A stretch of DNA of 39,535 nucleotides from Bacteroidota bacterium. GTDB taxonomy: Bacteria > Bacteroidota > Ignavibacteria > UBA10030 > SZUA-254. The stretch spans positions 1 to 39,535 of the forward strand of contig DATDQD010000066.1 of the NCBI GenBank assembly GCA_035292425.1. The letters are read 5' to 3'. The position numbers and the translations under genes are program-made. This document shows positions 27,426 to 34,663 of the stretch, piece by piece. How positions within the stretch are numbered: position 1 is the first letter of the stretch; each line of letters opens with the position of its first letter. The notes below the pieces were generated by a model. That model saw only the letters and a program-made list of their open reading frames with translations. It made no database searches and was not told where the DNA came from.

Positions 27426-29436
27426 CCTGTCCGTCTTTCGGGCCGCCCGCACTCCCGGGTTCATCGTCCGCGGCGCCCGGCGGCTGCGCGCCGTTCTTCT
27501 CTTCCAGATGTTTCGCTTTCAGCAATCGACGGTACTGGAACGCCCGGGGGAGCCAGAGGAGCGTGTGGACGCCGCCGAGAAGGAACGTTCCGATCAGGAG
27601 CGACGTCATCCCCCAGAACGTCCAGAAGAGGAAGGGATATTTTTCCGGGTCGTGGTGCGTCGCGTGGGTCAGGTACCCGGCGAACCGCCTCGACGCCCCT
27701 TCGTGGCACTTCTGGCAGGTGCCGACGACGTTGTCGTGGCTCAGGTGCGAGCGGGGATCGGCCACGGGGAGGATGTCGTGGGCGCCGTGGCAGTCGTAGC
27801 ACTTCGCCGTCTTCGTGTAGCCGAGCTGGGACACCTTCCCGTGGTAGGTATCGAAGTAGGTCTCGGCGATCTTCTCGTGGCACCGCCCGCACTGCTGCAT
27901 GATTTCAAGCTTGAAGCCCTGGGAGTCCGCCCGCCTGATCTTGTGCGCGGTATGGCAGTCGTCGCAGACCGGGAGATCTTTTCCGGACTTCGAGACGAGT
28001 TTCGAATGGATGCTCTTTTGGAACTGCTCTTCGATGCCGTGGTGACACTTGCCGCACGTCTTCGGGAGGTTCCGGGGATTGACGCTGGAGAGGCTGTCGC
28101 TCCGCGGGAGCACGCTGTGCGGCGTGTGGCAGTTGCTGCACATCGCGGTCACGGTGAGCCCGCTCTTCATCAGTCCCTTGCCGTGAATGCTCTCGGTGTA
28201 CAGCTCGATGATCTGGTGCTCGATCCCCGTGTAGCGGACGGCGGCTTTCTGGCCCTCCCGGTGGCACCGTGCGCAAAGGAGGGGAACGTTTGTCGGGAAC
28301 GTCGGCGACGAAGGATCCAGTTTCCCCTTCACGCCGTGCTGCCCGTGGCACTCCTTGCAGGCCGGACCGTTCGGGTCGTTGTTGGTGACGAGTTTTCCGT
28401 GGAGACTGACGGTAAATTGCTGGCCCACCTCGGCATGGCACGACGAGCAATCCACTTTTTTTGTGATCGCATCGCAGGGACGCACATTCGATGCGTTCAC
28501 ATCCGAGTGGCACTGGCTGCACGATATCTTCTGGTGCCTCGACACACCGAGCTCCTGTGCCCGCACGAAGAGCGGCCTTCCGTCCCGGGAGGACTTCAGA
28601 TCCGGTCTCTCGTGGCAGGTGAGGCAGTCCCTGTCGGCCATTCCCTGCGTGTAATAAACTTTCCGGACCTTGTGCGGCTGGTGGCAGTCCACGCATGCCG
28701 GGAGGACGTGCTGTTCCTTCTCCCACAATTCGCCCTTGATCACCTTGCGGTGGACCGTTTCGATCTCGGCGTGGCACTTCGCGCAGGTCGAGGCGATGTT
28801 CTTCCGGGCGATCGATGACGCCGGGTTTGTGTGGGGCAGGATCGAGTGCCCGGTATGGCACGAGGCGCAGTTCGGCGCGACGATGAGCCCCTTTCTCAGG
28901 AGCCCCTCGCCGTGGATGCTCTCCGAAAAATTCTCCAGAATGTTGTCCTGGTGGATCACCCGCTGCCGCTGGACCGGGGATCCCTCCTGGTGACACTTTC
29001 CGCAGAGGAACGGGATTTTCAGAGGCGAAATGGCGGAATTACGATCCGATTTCGGCAGGATATTGTGTGTGCCGTGGCAGTCGTTGCAGCGCGGGGCGAG
29101 CCTGTCCCCCCGTGCCGCGGCCTGGCCATGGAGGGACTTCGATTCTTCGGCCTGTTCGGCCGAATGGCAGCCGCCGCAGTCCACCGGCGCGACGTCCTCC
29201 TCGTGGGGGAACTGCTTCCCGGCCAGGCCGGCGTGGCAGGAGACGCAGCCGTTCGACCCGTGGACCGAGCCTGCGTGGGTGTTCGCGTTGACGTACACCG
29301 AAATCTTTTTCCCGCCGCGTCTCCCCTCGAGCGATTTATCCTCGTGGCAGGAGAGGCAGTCGGCGTCCTCCTGCGCGAACGCGGGAATCGCAAGGAGAAG
29401 CAGGAGCGCCGGCGTTATAAAAATCCGCCGGATCAT
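27418..29436 (-). CDS. 19-heme cytochrome c with signal peptide and C-terminal TM anchor (CbcA-like, expanded)
   Basis: 672 aa, 19 CXXCH motifs counted by hand. C-terminal TM FLFWTFWGMTSLLIGTFLLGGV. ATGA overlap with the upstream gene stop. Confidence 0.85.
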   Translation of the reverse strand: MIRRIFITPALLLLLAIPAFAQEDADCLSCHEDKSLEGRRGGKKISVYVNANTHAGSVHGSNGCVSCHAGLAGKQFPHEEDVAPVDCGGCHSAEQAEESKSLHGQAAARGDRLAPRCNDCHGTHNILPKSDRNSAISPLKIPFLCGKCHQEGSPVQRQRVIHQDNILENFSESIHGEGLLRKGLIVAPNCASCHTGHSILPHTNPASSIARKNIASTCAKCHAEIETVHRKVIKGELWEKEQHVLPACVDCHQPHKVRKVYYTQGMADRDCLTCHERPDLKSSRDGRPLFVRAQELGVSRHQKISCSQCHSDVNASNVRPCDAITKKVDCSSCHAEVGQQFTVSLHGKLVTNNDPNGPACKECHGQHGVKGKLDPSSPTFPTNVPLLCARCHREGQKAAVRYTGIEHQIIELYTESIHGKGLMKSGLTVTAMCSNCHTPHSVLPRSDSLSSVNPRNLPKTCGKCHHGIEEQFQKSIHSKLVSKSGKDLPVCDDCHTAHKIRRADSQGFKLEIMQQCGRCHEKIAETYFDTYHGKVSQLGYTKTAKCYDCHGAHDILPVADPRSHLSHDNVVGTCQKCHEGASRRFAGYLTHATHHDPEKYPFLFWTFWGMTSLLIGTFLLGGVHTLLWLPRAFQYRRLLKAKHLEEKNGAQPPGAADDEPGSAGGPKDGQDG

Positions 29437-31751
29437 TTTTTCTCCCCTTCGCGGCCTTCGGGCTTTGCCCCGGTGGCGGGTTTTCCGCCAGGCGTTCCCG
29501 TTCCGGGTTTGCCCTCCAGCTTCTCCCCCATCATTTCATCCGCGGGAAGTTCTTTCCTGATCCGCCCCGCGACGATCCGCCGCAGTTCGAGCGGATGGTC
29601 TTCCTCCATCTCCTCCTCCGTCAGCGTGCCTTTCCAGAACGCCACGTTGAGGGGGTAGACGTCGGGGTTGAAGATCACAAAATAGAAGTGCCACACGATG
29701 ACGGCCAGCGTGGCCAGCCACGCCTCGTAGTAGTGGATGGTGCGCGCCACGTCGTATCCCAGCTTCGTGAGCAGGCCGATGAAGGTATTGTCGAACCACA
29801 TGATGAGCCCGGTGACGCCCATGACGGAGGTCCCCCAGAGGAGGGCCCAGTATTCCGCCTTCTCGATGTAGCAGAACCGGTCGAAGAGCGGGCGGGTGCC
29901 GGACAATCCGAGGTTGTATTTCATCATCGCGATGGCGTCCTTCGCGTCCTGGCGGCGCGGGAGCATGTCGAAAATCAGCCGGCGCCCGGGGACCGTGAAG
30001 AATACGTACCAGACGTGGTAGAAGCTCGCGGCCAGCATGACCACCCCGGCGACGCGGTGGATCAGGCTCCTGGTGTCGAAGACGGAATCGCTCAGCGCCC
30101 GTATCCACTGCACCCACCAGACCTCGGGGAACCTGAGCATGAACCCGGTAACGACCAGCGTCATGAAGCTCAGCAGGAGAGCGGCATGCTGGACGCGCTC
30201 GTTCTTGCTCATCCTCGGGTAGAGTTCGTGGCTCGTATAGGGATGGGGGATGAGCCCGCGGCGGATCATCAGCTTCCGGCGGGACTTCTTTACGAAATCG
30301 AGCGCATTGTGCGCCAGCATCCCGCCGATGGTGAGCACGATCAGGAGGATGTAGGCCGTCGCGATCCAGTAGAGCATCGGCTCCTCCGTCCGCGACGACT
30401 CGTCCACGTGGACCCGGCCGATGGTGAAGCGCTCGTTGGCCCCGGGGTGGCAGCTTCCACAGGTCCCGGCAAGGTTGGCCTTGCTGATCATGGATGTGGA
30501 ATCGGCCGACGACTTGATATTATGCGTCCCGTGGCAGCTGGCGCAGTTGGCGACTTCGACCGAACCGCCGCGGATGGCAAGGCCGTGGTAACTGTCGGAG
30601 AAGGTCTTGAACCGGTCGCTCTCGATGCCGTACTTGGTCGAGAGGGCGACGGAACTGTGGCAGGGCGAGCAGACCTGCGCCGAGAGGTTCTGCCTGGCGA
30701 CGGGCGATTTCGGGTCGGTGTGCTTGAGGATCGTGTGCTCACCGTGGCAGTCCGTGCAGGTCGGCGCGTCGACCACGCCCTTCTGCACCGCGACTCCGTG
30801 CGCGCTCTGGTTGTACACGTCCGCGATCTCGCCGTGGCACTTCGAGCAGGTCCCGGCGATATTCAGCTTGCTGACCTTCGCCGCCGGATCGTATCCCTTC
30901 GCCATCTGGTGGCTGCCGTGGCAGTCGACGCAGTTCGGCGCCCTGTCATTCCCGTTCATGAGGGCGCGGCCGTGGACGCTCTGTTCGTAGGCCGCGATGA
31001 AACCCGCCGACGGCGATGTCCGCGCCCGGACGTCGGGATTGTCCAGGTGGCAGGTAAGGCAGAGCCGTTCCTGCGCGAGTTTCATACCGACGCCGTTATC
31101 CGGGTGGCTCGCCGGAGTGATGTCGTGGCCGTGGCAGCCGAGGCATTCCGGCGCGCCCTTCACGCCGGCGGCGAACGCCCCGCCGTGCGCGGAGGCCGCG
31201 AACTGTTCCACCACGTCGCCGTGGCACTGGCCGCAGCCCTCGGATATGTTCGCGCGGTTGAACGGCGACTCTTTCTCTTTCGGCGAGATGACATTATGGG
31301 TCCCGTGGCAGTCCTTGCACGACACCGAAGGCTCCTCTTTCCGGGCGATGGCCTGTGCCAGCTGGGGATGGAACCTGTGCTTCAGCTCGGCGCCCTTGTG
31401 GCAGGTGAGGCACTCCACCGGCCGGATGTTTTTCCTGTGAGGCATTTCCGCGGGATCGAAACCGGGGTGGCAGGCGGTGCAGACGAGCTTCTTATGCGGC
31501 GAACGGCCGAGCACGGCGGCGTCGACGAAGAGCGGCACCTGCGCCCCGTTTCTTTCGGTTGTGAGCGACGTGTCCGAGTGGCAGGCCAGGCAGTCGTCCC
31601 TCGACTGCGCCCTCGCCGGTCCGCTCAGGATCCAGAACGCGGCGAAGAGCAATGCGGCCGCCGCGAAGACGACCGTGATCAGGAGGCGGACGCAGAGGCG
31701 CCGGAAGGCGTCTCCCGGTGTTGGAGTGTCCGTGTTCACCGGGGCATTCAT
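29433..31751 (-). CDS. Fusion: 13-heme cytochrome c domain plus C-terminal diheme cytochrome b membrane domain (CbcL-like architecture)
   Basis: ATG 31751 (MNAPVNTD...) forms an ATGA overlap with the upstream stop. 13 CXXCH motifs, then 5 TM with conserved His (RVQHAAL, LIHRVAGVVMLAASFYH, TIHYYEA, VWHFY). Confidence 0.85.
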   Translation of the reverse strand: MNAPVNTDTPTPGDAFRRLCVRLLITVVFAAAALLFAAFWILSGPARAQSRDDCLACHSDTSLTTERNGAQVPLFVDAAVLGRSPHKKLVCTACHPGFDPAEMPHRKNIRPVECLTCHKGAELKHRFHPQLAQAIARKEEPSVSCKDCHGTHNVISPKEKESPFNRANISEGCGQCHGDVVEQFAASAHGGAFAAGVKGAPECLGCHGHDITPASHPDNGVGMKLAQERLCLTCHLDNPDVRARTSPSAGFIAAYEQSVHGRALMNGNDRAPNCVDCHGSHQMAKGYDPAAKVSKLNIAGTCSKCHGEIADVYNQSAHGVAVQKGVVDAPTCTDCHGEHTILKHTDPKSPVARQNLSAQVCSPCHSSVALSTKYGIESDRFKTFSDSYHGLAIRGGSVEVANCASCHGTHNIKSSADSTSMISKANLAGTCGSCHPGANERFTIGRVHVDESSRTEEPMLYWIATAYILLIVLTIGGMLAHNALDFVKKSRRKLMIRRGLIPHPYTSHELYPRMSKNERVQHAALLLSFMTLVVTGFMLRFPEVWWVQWIRALSDSVFDTRSLIHRVAGVVMLAASFYHVWYVFFTVPGRRLIFDMLPRRQDAKDAIAMMKYNLGLSGTRPLFDRFCYIEKAEYWALLWGTSVMGVTGLIMWFDNTFIGLLTKLGYDVARTIHYYEAWLATLAVIVWHFYFVIFNPDVYPLNVAFWKGTLTEEEMEEDHPLELRRIVAGRIRKELPADEMMGEKLEGKPGTGTPGGKPATGAKPEGREGEKK

Positions 31752-32578
31752 CTTACGTGGTGCACTTCCTGTATCGCCTCGATGACGAGGGGGAAATACC
31801 GGTCGAGGGCGCACTCGACGTCGTCGCGCATGTCACAGTGCCCGTCCGGCGACTGGTGCTGGCAGACGGAGCAGACCTTCTCCCTCAGTCTGGCGACATA
31901 CGCGTCGAGGTTGTCGCCCGGGGTGGTGAGAACGATATCGATGATCTCCGGCAGGTAGCGGTTGATGGCGCAGGAGTCGTATGTGGACGCGACGCAGAGT
32001 CCCGATGGGGTGCGATCGATGCACTTCATGCAGACCCTCTGCCGTATTTCCTCGAGGTAGCGTTCTTCGTAAGGCATGATGGTCCTCTCTTCTGTGTTCC
32101 ATGGTAGCGGATCGGTGAATTTCCTGGCGGGCGACCCGGGCTTGACGATCATGACCGGAACCGCGGCGTTTCTGACGATCTGGTCGGCAATCCCCCCGGC
32201 GCGGACAGGATCCCCCGGCGAATCGGCCCGGACAGGGAGCACGATGACGTCCACGCCTTCCTCGCGCGCGAACCTCAGGATTTCCCGGGCCGGGACCCCG
32301 TTCCGGACGATGCAGGCGAATCGTGATTGCGGCCTGATTTTTTTCAGGAAGAAATCCTCCATCGCGCGATACTTCTTCCGCATCTCCGCGTCCCCCTCCG
32401 CCGATTCGCCCGGTCCCGGGGCGATCCGGTCGGGCGTCCGGGTGATGACGTGGATCAGGTAGATCTGGGATTTCTTCTCCCTGGAAAGCGTCAATGCGGC
32501 TTCGACGGCACAGAGCGACGCGTCCGTTAAATCCACGGGGACGAGTATCCTGTTCATATTTGTCAGTTTTTTCGACAT
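31748..32578 (-). CDS. Universal stress protein (UspA) domain fused to a duplicated 4-Cys C-terminal module
   Basis: Start at ATG 32578 (MSKKLTNMNRILVPVDLTDAS... is USP-like). C-terminus has two CX2CX8CX7C repeats, each followed by A-[IL]-[ND]-RY-[LF]-P. The track ORF extension to 32830 crosses an AT-rich intergenic region and the crp stop. Confidence 0.75.
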   Translation of the reverse strand: MSKKLTNMNRILVPVDLTDASLCAVEAALTLSREKKSQIYLIHVITRTPDRIAPGPGESAEGDAEMRKKYRAMEDFFLKKIRPQSRFACIVRNGVPAREILRFAREEGVDVIVLPVRADSPGDPVRAGGIADQIVRNAAVPVMIVKPGSPARKFTDPLPWNTEERTIMPYEERYLEEIRQRVCMKCIDRTPSGLCVASTYDSCAINRYLPEIIDIVLTTPGDNLDAYVARLREKVCSVCQHQSPDGHCDMRDDVECALDRYFPLVIEAIQEVHHVR

Positions 32579-32637
32579 CCCTGTATAAAATATAATCAAT
32601 CCCCGGTTCCGCGGGTATGATATGGAAAAGGTCGAAA

Positions 32638-32653
32638 CATGATTTTTATCATG
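32638..32653. promoter_or_regulatory. Perfect 16-bp palindrome CATGAT-TTTT-ATCATG (FNR/CRP-family-like TGAT-N4-ATCA core)
   Basis: Read directly from the sequence. Centred about 67 nt upstream of ATG 32578, in the AT-rich gap between the Crp/Fnr gene and the USP/cytochrome operon. Confidence 0.4.
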
Positions 32654-32826
32654 TATCACCCCGGAAGCGCCTAAAGTGTTGAAAATTTCGGGGAGGACGG
32701 TTGAGGGATCAGGGATGACGGAAATCGTGAAACGGGTGGTGTTTAAGCGGTGCCGCGCCTGATATGGAGCGGCGCAGGACGGGGGTGGAGCCGGGAACGG
32801 GGACGGTTCGGCGGCGAGTTGCCCGG

Positions 32827-33537
32827 TCAATCCGGAAGCCGGGCCGCGTCGCGCAGGGCGGGCAGGTTCACGATCTTGATCTTCTTCCCCTCGAGGAGGA
32901 GGATCCCCTCCTTCGAGAATTCGGAGAGGAGGCGGATGACCGTTTCTGTCGCGGTGCCGATGTAATTGGCGATGTCTTCCCTTGAGAGTTTGCTTCGAAG
33001 GGTATGGTGGTCGTCCTCGGTGCCGTAAAACTCCGTCAGCATCAGGAGCGTTTCCGCCAGGCGTTCCCGCACCTGTTTCTGCGAGAGCGACACCTGCTTC
33101 TGTTCGGCCTTGGCCAGGTCCTGCGTGAGCTGGCGGATGATTCTGCCGGTGAGCGCGGGATTTTCGTTCATGAGCGAGTGGAACGTCTGGCGGGGGACGA
33201 AACAGATCGATGCGTCCTCGATGACGGTGGCGGAGAGCTCGTAGGGCGTCCCGCTCACGAGCGCCCTGTATCCGACGACGTCCCCCTCGCGGGCCAGGCG
33301 GACGATCTGTTCGCGGCCGGCCTCGCCCACCTTCGTCAGCTTGACCTTGCCCCGGTTGATGCAGTAGAGGCCCGAGGGATAGTCGCCCTCGTAGAACAGC
33401 ACCTGGCCGCTCCGGTGGAAATTACATCCCTTGTGGAGCTGGAGCCTCCCGAGTTCGTCCTGCGAGAGTACGCCGAACATGGAATGGAGGCGCGGCAGGC
33501 ACGTTTCGCAGTGGGGTATTTCGAATGTGTTTTTCAT
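32827..33537 (-). CDS. Crp/Fnr-family transcriptional regulator
   Basis: Start at ATG 33537 (MKNTFEIPHCETC...). cNMP-binding-like beta-roll (GDYPSGLYCINRGKVKL), C-terminal HTH REDIANYIGTATETVIRLLSEF with an FNR-type E..R recognition helix. Confidence 0.85.
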   Translation of the reverse strand: MKNTFEIPHCETCLPRLHSMFGVLSQDELGRLQLHKGCNFHRSGQVLFYEGDYPSGLYCINRGKVKLTKVGEAGREQIVRLAREGDVVGYRALVSGTPYELSATVIEDASICFVPRQTFHSLMNENPALTGRIIRQLTQDLAKAEQKQVSLSQKQVRERLAETLLMLTEFYGTEDDHHTLRSKLSREDIANYIGTATETVIRLLSEFSKEGILLLEGKKIKIVNLPALRDAARLPD

Positions 33538-33602
33538 CGCCCGGGGGTACCATGAAACATAAGATTTTCCCCCTTCACGGTCAACAGGCGGCGGCGGACA
33601 GG

Positions 33603-34640
33603 TCACCGCCGCAGCGGGACGGGCCTGTCGTTGAACGTGACCCGGGCCGGCATCTCCGATCTGTCGAATTCCAGCCGCAGTACGAACGGTATGTCCCGTT
33701 CACCGAGGCCAACGGCTTTCGCGATGCGCGGGTCCACCGAGAACTGGAGGTCGCGGAATTCGACCGTATGGAAATCGCCCACGGTCCGGGTCTCCAGGGT
33801 CGGAAAGCGGGCGAAGCGGAGGTATTCCCCCGCGAACTCCGTTCGGGACGCTTTGGAGGCGAACCGATCGGTGTCATTGGGGAAGTACTCCGGTTCCGAA
33901 ACGCCGCCGTCCGACAGGAGTTCGATGTATTGCCGCACCACCCCGGAATCGGTCGTGGCCAGCCCGACCCACTTCAGGATGCTGAGCGGCTGCGGGAGCA
34001 CGGAAACTGTGAGTGTTTCCCTCCCCGATTTCCGGAGTTCGTCCCGGAAGATGCCGAGAGCAACGGATTGAAACCGGTATTCCGCGCCGAGATAGAGCAG
34101 GGCGAAGGCGACAGAAAGGTATCCCAGGACCGCGCGTCTCCGGGGGAAGATTTTCCCTGCGGCGAGAAGCAGCGTGAGGATACCCGTAAACCACGGATCG
34201 ATGATGAACATCCAGTCGAGCGAGAACCTCGTCTCCGAGAACGGAAAGAGGATCTGCGTGCCGTAAGGCGTGATGAGGTCGATGAAGATATGGAAGAGGA
34301 TGCCCGCCATCGAACAGATCCAGAGCCGCCGGAACCCGGCGCGCGCCGTGGCGAGGTGGACGACGAACGCCGGGACTAGCGCCAGCAGCGGGATCCCGGG
34401 AAGCGAATGGGTGAAGCTCCGGTGGTACTGCAATGCCGTGAGCGGCTCGACGAAGAAATTCGCCACCACGTCGATGTCCGGGATGTTCGACGAGAGGAGC
34501 AGCGCCCAGAACACTGCGCGCCCGGTTTTCGGGCGGTGCGCACGGCTCCCGCTCCCTGCAGGCTCGGCAGAAGCGGCGGAATCGTCCGGGAGCACACGCC
34601 CGGCGAGGACGCCGACGAGCGAATGCGTGATGTTGTCCAT
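33603..34640 (-). CDS. Membrane-bound metal-dependent hydrolase (YdjM/DUF457-like) with C-terminal extra domain
   Basis: N-terminus MDNITHSLVG, then HRSFTHSL and FHIFIDLITPYG motifs typical of DUF457. Several TM helices. Confidence 0.6.
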   Translation of the reverse strand: MDNITHSLVGVLAGRVLPDDSAASAEPAGSGSRAHRPKTGRAVFWALLLSSNIPDIDVVANFFVEPLTALQYHRSFTHSLPGIPLLALVPAFVVHLATARAGFRRLWICSMAGILFHIFIDLITPYGTQILFPFSETRFSLDWMFIIDPWFTGILTLLLAAGKIFPRRRAVLGYLSVAFALLYLGAEYRFQSVALGIFRDELRKSGRETLTVSVLPQPLSILKWVGLATTDSGVVRQYIELLSDGGVSEPEYFPNDTDRFASKASRTEFAGEYLRFARFPTLETRTVGDFHTVEFRDLQFSVDPRIAKAVGLGERDIPFVLRLEFDRSEMPARVTFNDRPVPLRR

Positions 34641-34663
34641 CGGTTGCAGGCGGCTGCAGGCGG

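Noticed and set aside
27331-31958. Long plus-strand ORFs 27331..28818 (495 aa) and 29595..31958 (787 aa), plus 24859..25965 and 19006-region plus ORFs
   Set aside because: They lie antisense to the multiheme cytochrome genes. They have low-complexity Arg/Gly/Val/Asp composition, whereas the minus-strand frames contain regularly spaced CXXCH motifs and TM anchors.
32579-32830. N-terminal extension of the USP ORF (track ORF 31748..32830), and extensions of the crp-like ORF (to 33606) and the cyt c/b fusion (to 31814)
   Set aside because: The extensions cross AT-rich intergenic DNA or overlap upstream genes. Internal ATGs at 32578, 33537 and 31751 give domain-appropriate N-termini and tidy junctions.
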